From contig JBGQEL010000001.1 in NCBI GenBank assembly GCA_041496385.1, positions 58,495 to 122,494 on the forward strand: 64,000 bases of DNA, in the 5' to 3' direction. Made by a program: the position numbers and the translations under genes. Under the pieces are notes generated by a model. That model had not been told where the DNA came from, searched no databases, and was given only the letters and a program-made list of their open reading frames with translations. Positions within the stretch are counted from its first letter, which is position 1. Each line of letters starts with the position of its first letter. The stretch is from Candidatus Methylomirabilia bacterium. GTDB lineage: Bacteria; Methylomirabilota; Methylomirabilia; Rokubacteriales; CSP1-6. Positions 1 through 8,907 of the stretch are shown here, one piece after another.

Positions 1-754
1 CGGTGGATTCGTCGGCCGGCCCGGAAATGATCAGCGGGGTTCTGGCTTCGTCGACCAGGATCGAGTCCACCTCGTCCACGATCGCGTAGTGGAGCTCGCG
101 CTGGACGAGCTCGTCGAGCGCAAAGCGCATGTTGTCGCGCAGGTAGTCGAATCCGAACTCGTTGTTCGTGCCGTACGTGATGTCGGCGCGGTAGGCCTCC
201 TGCCGGGAACACGGGCGGAGCGAGGTCAGCCGGATGTCGGAGGTGACGTAGCCCGGATCGTACAAGAACGACGCCTCGTGCTGGATCACGCCGACGGAGA
301 GACCGAGCGCGTGGAAGATGGGGCCCATCCACTGCGCGTCCCTCTTCGCGAGGTAGTCGTTGACCGTGACGATGTGCACGCCCCGGCCCGTGAGCCCGTT
401 GAGATACGCGGGCAGCGTCGCGACGAGCGTCTTCCCCTCGCCCGTCGCCATCTCCGCGATCTTGCCCTGGTGGAGCACCATGCCGCCGATGAGCTGGACG
501 TCGAAGTGACGCATCCGCACGGTCCGCCGCGCGGCCTCGCGACACACGGCGAACGCCTCGGGCAGCAGCTCGTCCACGGACGCGCCGCCCGTGCTCCGCC
601 CCCGGAACTCGTCGGACTTCGCCCGGAGCCCCGCGGCGTCGAGCGCCTGCATCGCTGGCTCGAGCGCGTTGGTCGCCTGGACGACCGGCAGCATCCGCTT
701 GACGTCGCGCTCGTGCTTCGTCCCGAAGATCTTCCGAAGCAGCGCGTCGATCAT
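1..754 (-). CDS. secA: Preprotein translocase ATPase SecA (5' part; runs off the window start)
   Basis: Minus-strand frame [21 protein letters not shown]...; motifs [13 protein letters not shown] and [21 protein letters not shown] read from the reverse complement. Confidence 0.97.
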   Translation of the reverse strand, partial: MIDALLRKIFGTKHERDVKRMLPVVQATNALEPAMQALDAAGLRAKSDEFRGRSTGGASVDELLPEAFAVCREAARRTVRMRHFDVQLIGGMVLHQGKIAEMATGEGKTLVATLPAYLNGLTGRGVHIVTVNDYLAKRDAQWMGPIFHALGLSVGVIQHEASFLYDPGYVTSDIRLTSLRPCSRQEAYRADITYGTNNEFGFDYLRDNMRFALDELVQRELHYAIVDEVDSILVDEARTPLIISGPADEST

Positions 755-794
755 GTCGATTGATTATGGCACACGGGGCGATGGCCCGGCGATT

Positions 795-2474
795 TCAGCG
801 CCTCGCCGGCGGGTCCTGCAGCAGCTCGCGCGCGTGCCCACGCGCGGCCTCGGTGACCCGCTCGCCGCCGAGCATCCGCGCGATCTCCTCGACGCGCGCG
901 TCGCCGGCCAGGAGCTCGGCGCTCACCCGCGTGCGTCCGGTCCGGACGCCCTTGGCGACCCGCACGTGGCGCTGGGCGCGCCCCGCGATCGGCGCGAGGT
1001 GCGTGACACAGAGCACCTGGCGCCCCTCCGCCGCGGCGGCCAGCTTCTGCGCCACGACCGTCGCGACCCGGCCGCCGATCCCGGCATCCACCTCGTCGAA
1101 GACCATCGTCGGAATGCGGTCCGCCTTCGCGAGCACCGTCTTGAACGCGAGGACGGCGCGCGAGAGCTCGCCGCCTGAGGCCACGCGCGACAGGGGCCGG
1201 AGCTCCTCGCCCGGATTCGTGGAGAGCCTGAACTCCGCGCGATCAAGGCCCCGAAAAGATATGTGCTCGATCGCGCCGTGTTCCAGTCCGATGCGGAACA
1301 CCGCCCGTTCCATGCCGAGGGTCCGGAGCTCCCGCTCCACCAGCGGGGCGAGGCGCTCGGCCGCCGCGCGGCGACGCTCGGAGAGCGTGGCCGCGGCCTC
1401 CGTCAGCTCGGCGTGGAGCTCGGCGAGCAGCCGCTCTTGCGCCGCCAGCACCTCCTCGTGCCGGGCGAGCCGGTCGAGTTCCTCCGCGACCTGGTCGCGC
1501 AACCGGAGCATCGCGTCCTCGCTGTCCCCGTACTTGCGCTTCAGCCGCGTGAGGACGTCGAGGCGCTCGTCGATCGCCTCGAGCCGCCCCGGTTCGACAC
1601 TGACCGCCTCGCGGAGCGCGCGGATCCGGGCGAGGGCCTCTTCGATCTGGACGGCGGCCGTGTCGAGGGCCTCCAGGGGTCCGGCGAACGTGGCGTCGAT
1701 GCGGCCAAGATCCCCCAGGACCCGCGCCGCGCGGTGCAGACGGGCCGCCGCGGCGCCCTCGTCGTCGACGAGGAGCGCCGACGCCTCGACGAGCCCGGCC
1801 AGCAGGCGCTCCGCATGCTGCGCCCGCCGTCGCTCCTGCCGAAGCTCCTCCTCTTCGCCGGGGCGGAGCCGCGCGGCGTCGAGCTCGGACAGCTGGAAGC
1901 GAAGCAGATCCTCGCGCTGCGCCCGGTCACGCGCGGCCACACGGGTGCGCTCCACCTCCCCGCACGCCTCCCGGTGCTTCGCCACCAGCGAGCTGACGCG
2001 CTCGCGCAGATCCTCGGCGTCGGCGAATCGATCCAGCAGCTCGAGCTGGTGCGCGGCTTCGAGCAACCGCTGGTGCTCGTGCTGGCCGTGGACCTCGACC
2101 AGAAGGTCGCCGAGCCGCTCGAGGAGGGCCACGGTCACCGGTGAGTCGTTGATGAAGGCCCGATGGCGGCCCGCGCGCGCGAGCTCGCGTCGCACGACGA
2201 CCTGGCCATCCTCGAGCCCCAGCCCCGCCTCCTCCAGCAGCGCCGCGGCAGGACTTCGCGGCCCGACATCGAAGAGCGCCTCGACCGTCGCCGCCTCGGC
2301 GTCGGTCCGGATCACGTCGCCCTGGGCGCGGGCGCCCCGCACCAGGAGGAGCGCGTCGATGAGAATGGATTTCCCCGCACCGGTCTCGCCCGTGAGCACG
2401 TTCAGACCGGGGCCGAAGGGCACCGTGATGCGTTCGATCACGGCGAGGTTTCGGATGCGCAGCTCGCGCAGCAT
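795..2474 (-). CDS. recN: DNA repair protein RecN
   Basis: TGETGAGKS Walker A, VEVHGQHEHQ, ASGGELSR signature, FDEVDAGIGG, VTHL. Confidence 0.96.
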   Translation of the reverse strand: MLRELRIRNLAVIERITVPFGPGLNVLTGETGAGKSILIDALLLVRGARAQGDVIRTDAEAATVEALFDVGPRSPAAALLEEAGLGLEDGQVVVRRELARAGRHRAFINDSPVTVALLERLGDLLVEVHGQHEHQRLLEAAHQLELLDRFADAEDLRERVSSLVAKHREACGEVERTRVAARDRAQREDLLRFQLSELDAARLRPGEEEELRQERRRAQHAERLLAGLVEASALLVDDEGAAAARLHRAARVLGDLGRIDATFAGPLEALDTAAVQIEEALARIRALREAVSVEPGRLEAIDERLDVLTRLKRKYGDSEDAMLRLRDQVAEELDRLARHEEVLAAQERLLAELHAELTEAAATLSERRRAAAERLAPLVERELRTLGMERAVFRIGLEHGAIEHISFRGLDRAEFRLSTNPGEELRPLSRVASGGELSRAVLAFKTVLAKADRIPTMVFDEVDAGIGGRVATVVAQKLAAAAEGRQVLCVTHLAPIAGRAQRHVRVAKGVRTGRTRVSAELLAGDARVEEIARMLGGERVTEAARGHARELLQDPPARR

Positions 2475-2533
2475 CGGATGAATGCTAGGTCAGTCGCCCA
2501 GACCGCTCAAGCGGTATCCGAGGGGATACGGCG

Positions 2534-3391
2534 TTACCGCTCCCCCCACTTCAGCTTCGTCCGGAGTACCGAGAAGAACTCCTTGTGGGGGAAGCGGACG
2601 AGCCGGATGCGGGGCCCCGCCTTCACCACGTCCACCGTGTCCCGCACCTTGAGGTTGATCCCGATCTGACCGTCCACCGTCGCCATCACCTCCTGGTCGG
2701 CCAGCAGGGTGACCTCGACGCGAAGGTTGCCCGGCAGCACAATCGGGCGGTTCGTGAGCGTGTGCGAGCAGATCGGCGTCAGCACGACCGCGTCCATCGT
2801 CGGGAACAGGATCGGCCCGCCCGCCGAGAGGCTGTACGCGGTGGACCCCGTCGGCGTCGAAATGATCAGGCCGTCGGCGCGGTACGCCGTCGCGTGCTGC
2901 CCCTCGATCGAAACGGCGAGGTCGATGATCCGGCTCATCGCCGACTTGGTGATCACGACGTCGTTGAGTGCGGCGTACTCGCAGAGTCGCTGACCGTTCC
3001 GGATGACCCGGACGGTCAGCATCATGCGTTCGTCCACGACCATCCGCCCGGCGAGCACCGCCTCGAGCGCCGGAAGCATCTCGTCGAGCGTCGTCGCGGT
3101 GAGGAAGCCGAGGCCGCCCAGGTTCACGCCGAGGAGCGGGACCCCGAGATCGCCCACCGCCCGCGCCATCGAGAGCAGCGTGCCGTCACCGCCGAGCACG
3201 ACCAGGAGATCCACCTGGGCGGGCAGCTCCGCCTTGCTGACCGAGGGCGCGCTCGCCGCGGGCACGAGCGCCGCGGTTTCCTTCTCCAGCACGGCGCCCA
3301 GGCGACGCGCGCCGAGCCACGCGAGCAGATCCGTCACGACGCCCCGCGCCTCCGTCGCGCCCGGCTTCGCGACGATCCCGACGCGTTTCAC
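2534..3391 (-). CDS. nadK: NAD(+) kinase
   Basis: GGDGT, LND, ADGLIISTPTGSTAYSLSAGGP; usual tlyA-nadK-recN order. Confidence 0.96.
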   Translation of the reverse strand: MKRVGIVAKPGATEARGVVTDLLAWLGARRLGAVLEKETAALVPAASAPSVSKAELPAQVDLLVVLGGDGTLLSMARAVGDLGVPLLGVNLGGLGFLTATTLDEMLPALEAVLAGRMVVDERMMLTVRVIRNGQRLCEYAALNDVVITKSAMSRIIDLAVSIEGQHATAYRADGLIISTPTGSTAYSLSAGGPILFPTMDAVVLTPICSHTLTNRPIVLPGNLRVEVTLLADQEVMATVDGQIGINLKVRDTVDVVKAGPRIRLVRFPHKEFFSVLRTKLKWGER

Positions 3392-4188
3392 GCGAGCGCC
3401 TCGACACTCTTGTCGATCATGGACTCGAGGTCGGCGGCCGTGCGGCCATGCGACGAGCAGTGCAGGAAGAACTCGCGGTTGCCCTTCGGCCCGCGGAGCG
3501 GCGACGCCGTGCAGCCGAGCACGTGCCAGCCGCGCAGGACCGCGTAGCGGGCCAGCCGCTGGACGGCGGCGCGGTGCAGCGCGGGCTCGCGCACGACGCC
3601 GCCCTTGCCGACGTGCTCGCGCCCCACCTCGAATTGCGGCTTGACGAGCGCCACAACCTCGCCACGCGGCGCCAGGATGCCGAACACCGACGGTAGGATC
3701 TTCTCGAGGGAGATGAACGACACGTCGATGGTCGCGAGCGTCGGCTGCTCTCCGAAGATGCGCGAATCGAGCGCCCGCGCGTTGGTCTGCTCCATCACGA
3801 TCACGCGCGGGTCCTTGCGGAGCTTCGCGTCGAGCTGCGCCGTCCCCACGTCCACCGCGAAGACGCGCGCCGCTCCCCGCTGGAGGAGACAGTCGGTGAA
3901 GCCGCCCGTCGAGGCCCCCACGTCGACACAGACGCGCCCGGCCACCTTCACGCGGAACGCGTCGAGCGCGTGGGCGATCTTCTCGCCGCCGCGACCGACG
4001 TACGGCGAGCGCCCTTGCAGCTCGACCGCCGCCCCGGCAGGCACGAGCGCGCCCGCCTTGTCCACGCGCTTGCCGTCGACGAGGACCTCGCCCGCCAGGA
4101 TATGGCGGGCCGCCTGCTCCCGGCTCTCCACGAGCCCGCGGTCGACGACCAGGCGGTCGATCCGAACGCGCGCAGCGGGTTTCGCCAT
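3388..4188 (-). CDS. tlyA: TlyA family rRNA methyltransferase
   Basis: S4 N-terminus, GRGGEK, DVGASTGGFTDCLLQRGA, DVSFISL, LVKPQFE, GPKGNREF; start may instead be 4197. Confidence 0.94.
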   Translation of the reverse strand: MAKPAARVRIDRLVVDRGLVESREQAARHILAGEVLVDGKRVDKAGALVPAGAAVELQGRSPYVGRGGEKIAHALDAFRVKVAGRVCVDVGASTGGFTDCLLQRGAARVFAVDVGTAQLDAKLRKDPRVIVMEQTNARALDSRIFGEQPTLATIDVSFISLEKILPSVFGILAPRGEVVALVKPQFEVGREHVGKGGVVREPALHRAAVQRLARYAVLRGWHVLGCTASPLRGPKGNREFFLHCSSHGRTAADLESMIDKSVEALA

Positions 4189-4196
4189 GGCCCTCA

Positions 4197-4913
4197 TTAT
4201 AGGCGAGCGCTCCGCCGCGGACGCAGCAGAAACAGCAGCACGATTCCCGCGAGAAACCCGCCGATGTGGGCGAACCACGCCGTTCCTCCTGTCTCGGCGC
4301 CTCCGTGGCTCGAGGCGCTCACCGTGATGAGGCCGTTCATGAACTGCACGACGATCCAGAAGCCGAGCACGATCAGCGCGGGGACGTACACGAGGCGCAC
4401 GAAGAACCCGAACACCAGCAGCACGAGCACTCGCGCATAGGGGAACAGGATCAGGTACGCGCCGAGCACGCCGGAGACGGCACCGCTGGCGCCGATCATC
4501 GGGACGGAGGATCCGGGATCCACGAGGACTTGCGCGGAGGCCGCCGCGACGCCGGCGAGCAGGTAAAAACCGAGAAAGCGCCCGTGACCGAGCGTGTCCT
4601 CGACGTTGTTCCCGAAGATCCAGAAGTAGAGCATGTTCCCGACGATGTGAAAGAGACCGCCGTGCAGGAACATGGCCGTGAAGATCGTGACGACCGGCGT
4701 CGGGAACTCGTCGGTCATCGCACAGCTTCCCGTGAGGCGACACGGGACCAGGCCGAACTCGGCGACGAACGCCTGCGTCGCCTTCGAGGCGCCGGGCTCG
4801 GGCCCGAGCCCGAGCGAGGCCTGGTAGAGAAAGACGGCGACGTTCAGCGCGATGAGCGCCACGGTGATCGACGGGAAGGTCTCGCTCTGAACGTCGTCCT
4901 TGAGCGGTAGCAT
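4197..4913 (-). CDS. Rhomboid family intramembrane serine protease
   Basis: AMFLHGG..H..GNM, IGASGAVSG, AWFAHIGGF; several TM segments. Confidence 0.93.
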   Translation of the reverse strand: MLPLKDDVQSETFPSITVALIALNVAVFLYQASLGLGPEPGASKATQAFVAEFGLVPCRLTGSCAMTDEFPTPVVTIFTAMFLHGGLFHIVGNMLYFWIFGNNVEDTLGHGRFLGFYLLAGVAAASAQVLVDPGSSVPMIGASGAVSGVLGAYLILFPYARVLVLLVFGFFVRLVYVPALIVLGFWIVVQFMNGLITVSASSHGGAETGGTAWFAHIGGFLAGIVLLFLLRPRRSARL

Positions 4914-6220
4914 CAGCGCTCCGGAGGGAGCAGGACGACGACGGTGGGCCTGACGAGATAGCGCTCGGCCGCCGTGGCGACATCGGCCGGTGTCACCGCC
5001 GCGATCGCCTTTGCGTACCGCTCGGAAAAGTCCCGGCCGGCTCCGACCGCCTCGAAGAACGCGAGGTGCCACGCCTGGCGCGCGTTCGTGCGGCGGTCGA
5101 GGGCGAGGCTCCCGAGGATGTACGCCTTCGCCCGCGAGACCTCCTCCTCGCCCGCGGGCGCGCTGCGGATCCTGTCGAGCTCGTGGAGCACCCCCGCCTC
5201 CGCCGCGGCGGCATTCTGGCGCGCCGTACCCAGGTACGTCACGATGAAGGTCCGGCTCGTCCGGTACGGCGTCAGGACGCCGAGCGAGTACGCGAGTCCC
5301 CGCTTGTCCCGCAGCTCGACGAACAGCCGTCCGGCCATCCCGCCGCCCAGCACGGCGCCGAGAACCCTCACGGCCGGGTACGCGGGATCGGAGAGGCCGG
5401 GGCCGAGATAGCCGACCAGGATCTGCGCCTGCTGAGCGGGCCGTTCGATCACCCGGCGACCGCCCTGCGGCATTTCGGGCGGCGGCGGCTCGGTGAGCTC
5501 GACCCCGGATCGGGGCAGCTTGCCGAACAGACGTTCGACGACTTTGAGCACACGCTCCGGCGGCACCTGGCCGCTGACGGCGAGAACCAACCGCTCCGGC
5601 CGAAAGGTCGCGCGATAGTGCGCGAGGAGCGCCGCCCTTCCCAGGCGCTCCACGCTCGCGCGGGTCCCGAGACTGTGCCAACCATACGGGTGCGTCGCGT
5701 ACAGCTCGCGGAGCATCGTGTCGAGGCTGAGCGGAAACGGCGTGTCCGCCCGCGTCTGGATCTGGCTCAGGATGAGGCGGCGCTCGCGCTCGACCTCGTC
5801 CGAGGCGAGCGCAGGCTCGAGCGCCACCTCCGCCAGGAGACCGAGCAGGGCTTCCCAGTTGCGCGCGAGCGCCTGCCCTCGAATCTCCGCGGACTCCACC
5901 TCGCCTGAGGCTTCGAGGCCGCCGCCGATCTCCTCCGCCGCCTCCGCAAGCTGGATCCCGGAACGTCTGGCGGTCCCGCGGACCATCACCCGGAGGAGGA
6001 AGTTCGTGATTCCCGCCTCGTTCAGGCTCTCGAAGCGGGAGCCGCCGCGGACCTGCAACGAGAGGGCGACGACCGGGGCCGCGCGATTCTCGCGAACGAG
6101 AACGGTCAGCCCGTTGTCGAGCACGTGGCGGGTCGCCGCCGTCGTCTGGCCCCACACCGGCGTCGCCGAGAGCACGAGCGCCGCCAGGCTCAGAGCGCCG
6201 AGTCCCCCGCTCGGGCTCAT
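4913..6220 (-). CDS. M16B peptidase, likely non-catalytic subunit, exported
   Basis: Signal peptide; LDNGLTVLV; HxxEH replaced by NFLLR; RLFVELRDKRGLAYS. Confidence 0.88.
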   Translation of the reverse strand: MSPSGGLGALSLAALVLSATPVWGQTTAATRHVLDNGLTVLVRENRAAPVVALSLQVRGGSRFESLNEAGITNFLLRVMVRGTARRSGIQLAEAAEEIGGGLEASGEVESAEIRGQALARNWEALLGLLAEVALEPALASDEVERERRLILSQIQTRADTPFPLSLDTMLRELYATHPYGWHSLGTRASVERLGRAALLAHYRATFRPERLVLAVSGQVPPERVLKVVERLFGKLPRSGVELTEPPPPEMPQGGRRVIERPAQQAQILVGYLGPGLSDPAYPAVRVLGAVLGGGMAGRLFVELRDKRGLAYSLGVLTPYRTSRTFIVTYLGTARQNAAAAEAGVLHELDRIRSAPAGEEEVSRAKAYILGSLALDRRTNARQAWHLAFFEAVGAGRDFSERYAKAIAAVTPADVATAAERYLVRPTVVVLLPPER

Positions 6221-7557
6221 TTCGCCGGAGGAACGAACGCCAGCCGGCTGTAGCGTTCGAGATCGAGGTAACGGCGCGCTGCGGTGCGGATCTGTTCCGG
6301 TGTGACCGAGCGCAAGCGGTCGACATAGGCCAGCTCGGCGTCGAGCCGCCAGACCGTTTCGGCGCGGCCGAACGCCCGCGCGCGTCCCTCCGCGGTCTCA
6401 ACGGAAAACGCATGGCTCGCCTCCGCCGCGGTCACGGCGCGGCGGAGCTCCGCCGGCGAGACGCCCGTCTCCTGAAGCCTCCTGACCTCGCTCAGGATCT
6501 CCGCCTCGACCCGCCCGACGTTGGCCGGTTCGAGCTGGGCCATCACCGACACCAGTCCACTCGCCTCGAGAGCCGAGTAGCCCGCGTCGATGGAGCTCAC
6601 GAGCCCCAGCCGCTCGCGGAGCGCCTGGGTGAGCCTCGACGAGCGCGACTGACCGAGCACCGCGACCAGGAGATCCACCGCGGGTGTGTCGGCGTGGTCG
6701 AGCTTGGGCCCGCGCCATGCGAGACCGAGGTACGCCTGCGCCCCCGCGCGCTCGACGTCGAGGCGCCGCGGATGCAGCGCACCGGGCGCGGCGACCGGCA
6801 GTCGCTCCCGACCGCCCCGCGGGAGCCGGCCAAACGTCCGCTCCGCCACCGCCAGAACGTCGGCGGTCTTCACCTGGCCGACGACGACCAGCACGAACGA
6901 TTCGGGAACGTAGTGACGCCGATAGAAGGCCATGAGGGAATTGCGCGTGAGTCCGCGCACGATCTCCGGTGTTCCGATGACGGGCCGGCCGTACGCGTGG
7001 CCCTCGAAGGACACTTCGTAGAGCCGGCGGAACATGAACCTCCGGGGGTTGTCCTGGCTCAATCGCATCTCCTCGAGAACGACGCGTTTCTCGAGATCGA
7101 GGGCCGTCGCGTCCAGGCTCGAGTTCACGCTCATGTCGGCCAGCATCTCGATGCCGGCCGCCGCTCGGGAGGCCGGAAGGATCGCGTGGTAGTAGGTGTA
7201 GTCGAGCGAGGTTCCCGCGTTGATTCCGCCTCCGACGCCCTCGACCTCGCGCTCGACGAAGCCGGGGCCGCGAAGCACGGTGCCTTTGAAAAGCATGTGC
7301 TCGAGATAGTGCGCGAGCCCCAGCTCCGAGGCCGCCTCGTCGCGCCCTCCCGCGCGGACCCAGACCTGGAGCGCCACGACCCCGCTCGCATTGAACTCCT
7401 GTACGAGGACCCGAACGCCGTTGCTGAGCACCCTGAGGGTCGGAGACGAACCATCCGACACTGGTTGAAGGGCGGGTTTGGCGCTGCCGGCGAGGCTACA
7501 CGCGCTCGCCAGCACGAGGACGAGCAGCGTGGGCGCAGACCGCGCCAGGAGGGGCAT
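6217..7557 (-). CDS. M16B zinc peptidase, catalytic subunit, probable lipoprotein
   Basis: GLAHYLEHMLFKGT (HxxEH), NAGTSLDYT, EKRVVLEE; N-terminal LASAC lipobox-like signal. Confidence 0.92.
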   Translation of the reverse strand: MPLLARSAPTLLVLVLASACSLAGSAKPALQPVSDGSSPTLRVLSNGVRVLVQEFNASGVVALQVWVRAGGRDEAASELGLAHYLEHMLFKGTVLRGPGFVEREVEGVGGGINAGTSLDYTYYHAILPASRAAAGIEMLADMSVNSSLDATALDLEKRVVLEEMRLSQDNPRRFMFRRLYEVSFEGHAYGRPVIGTPEIVRGLTRNSLMAFYRRHYVPESFVLVVVGQVKTADVLAVAERTFGRLPRGGRERLPVAAPGALHPRRLDVERAGAQAYLGLAWRGPKLDHADTPAVDLLVAVLGQSRSSRLTQALRERLGLVSSIDAGYSALEASGLVSVMAQLEPANVGRVEAEILSEVRRLQETGVSPAELRRAVTAAEASHAFSVETAEGRARAFGRAETVWRLDAELAYVDRLRSVTPEQIRTAARRYLDLERYSRLAFVPPAK

Positions 7558-7858
7558 AGGTGTAAGTGAGCCTACCACAGGGCGATGCCCGGAGGGCAGA
7601 ATGCCGCACCCGGCGAGCGAGTGGCATCGGGCACATCGCCTCTGGCCATTCACTAACGACGACCGTAACACTTCGATACCATGGACTTTATGAGTCTGTC
7701 CAGGCCCTGGCAGGAGGATTGCTGTAACGGTAGCCAAGATGCTTCTCGACTCAGGCTCCATCGAACATCGGAAGGCGAAAGGGGGTCCTTGGAAGAGGCC
7801 GGCGGACGGGACCAGTGGCAGGGAGCAGAGCACCTCAACAACCGGAAGGAACGGGAGA

Positions 7859-8833
7859 ATGATGAAGAGATTTCTCGCAGCGATCATGAGCGTAGCGATG
7901 TTTGGCGTGCTGGCGCCGGTGGCGGACGCCCAGTCGTCCTGCCCTGCTGAAGTCGCCCAGGCCAAGGAGATGCTGAACAAGGTGGCCAAGGGCCAGGACG
8001 TGCAGGCCCCGCGCTCGCTTGCGGGTGCGCGTGGCCAGCAGGACATTCAGGCGCCGCGTGGTCAGGATGTGCAGGCGCCGCGTGGTAAGCAGGACGTGCA
8101 AGCCCCGCGTGGCCAGGATGTTCAGGCCCCGCGCGGTCAAGACATTCAGGCCCCGCGTTCGCTCGCGGGCGCGCGTGGCCAGCAGGACATTCAGGCGCCA
8201 CGCGGTCAGGACGTGCAGGCTCCGCGTGGTCAGGATGTTCAGGCACCCCGTGGCAAGCAGGATGTCCAGGCCCCGCGTGGCCAGGATGTTCAGGCGCCAC
8301 GCGGTCAGGACGTGCAAGCTCCGCGTGGTCAGGATGTTCAGGCACCCCGTGGCAAGCAGGATGTCCAGGCCCCGCGTGGCCAGGATGTTCAGGCGCCGCG
8401 CGGTCAGGACGTGCAGGCTCCGCGTGGTCAGGATGTTCAGGCACCCCGTGGCAAGCAAGATGTCCAGGCCCCGCGTGGCCAGGATGTTCAGGCGCCGCGC
8501 GGTCAGGATGTGCAGGCACCCCGTGGCAAGCAGGATGTCCAGGCCCCGCGTGGCCAGGATGTTCAGGCGCCGCGTGGTCAGGATGTGCAGGCGCCGCGTG
8601 GCAAGCAGGATGTCCAGGCACCCCGTGGCAAGCAGGATGTTCAGGCGCCGCGTGGCCAGGATGTCCAGGCCCCGCGTGGCCAGGATGTTCAGGCGCCCCG
8701 CGGTCAGGATGTGCAGGCGCCGCGTACCAGTGACGCCGGCAAGCTGATCCGTGAGGCCGAGGCCGCGTGCAAGGCCGGCAACTCTTCGGAGGCGAAGGCC
8801 AAGGCCGAGGCCGCGATCAAGATCCTGAAGTAA
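7859..8833 (+). CDS. Secreted 324-aa tandem-repeat protein (28 x QD(V/I)QAPR between two Cys-containing helical segments)
   Basis: GGAG RBS before ATG; Sec-type signal peptide MMKRFLAAIMSVAMFGVLAPVADA; synonymous third-position variation among repeats shows this frame is coding; followed by a terminator. Confidence 0.9.
   Translation: MMKRFLAAIMSVAMFGVLAPVADAQSSCPAEVAQAKEMLNKVAKGQDVQAPRSLAGARGQQDIQAPRGQDVQAPRGKQDVQAPRGQDVQAPRGQDIQAPRSLAGARGQQDIQAPRGQDVQAPRGQDVQAPRGKQDVQAPRGQDVQAPRGQDVQAPRGQDVQAPRGKQDVQAPRGQDVQAPRGQDVQAPRGQDVQAPRGKQDVQAPRGQDVQAPRGQDVQAPRGKQDVQAPRGQDVQAPRGQDVQAPRGKQDVQAPRGKQDVQAPRGQDVQAPRGQDVQAPRGQDVQAPRTSDAGKLIREAEAACKAGNSSEAKAKAEAAIKILK
7991..8725 (+). repeat. Coding tandem repeat: 24/27-bp units (GQDVQAPR / GKQDVQAPR), 28 units, two with an SLAGARGQ extension
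   Basis: Counted from the translation: 19 x 8-aa, 7 x 9-aa and 2 x 15-aa units = 245 aa. Confidence 0.95.
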
Positions 8834-8854
8834 GAAGCGGTAAGAAGGACGATC

Positions 8855-8889
8855 AAGGCTCCAGGGGGCAACCCCTGGAGCCTTTTTTT
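8855..8889 (+). terminator. Rho-independent terminator
   Basis: AAGGCTCCAGGGG-GCAA-CCCCTGGAGCCTT perfect stem followed by a T-run. Confidence 0.92.
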
Positions 8890-8894
8890 ATCGG

Positions 8895-8900
8895 TATAAT
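8895..8900 (+). promoter_or_regulatory. Consensus -10 box (TATAAT) just upstream of the protease-rhodanese gene
   Basis: Perfect TATAAT in high-GC DNA, 7 nt before GTG 8908. Confidence 0.55.
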
Positions 8901-8907
8901 TCAGAGG

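Noticed and set aside
89..763. 224-aa plus-strand ORF and the many other long Arg/Ala/Pro-rich ORFs in the track (e.g. 12198-15221, 59538-63302)
   Set aside because: Antisense or off-frame shadows of recognisable genes (secA, amidohydrolases, cox), as expected in high-GC DNA
7991..8725. Possible CRISPR array
   Set aside because: Units are contiguous with no unique spacers, are multiples of 3 and vary synonymously; no cas genes in the window
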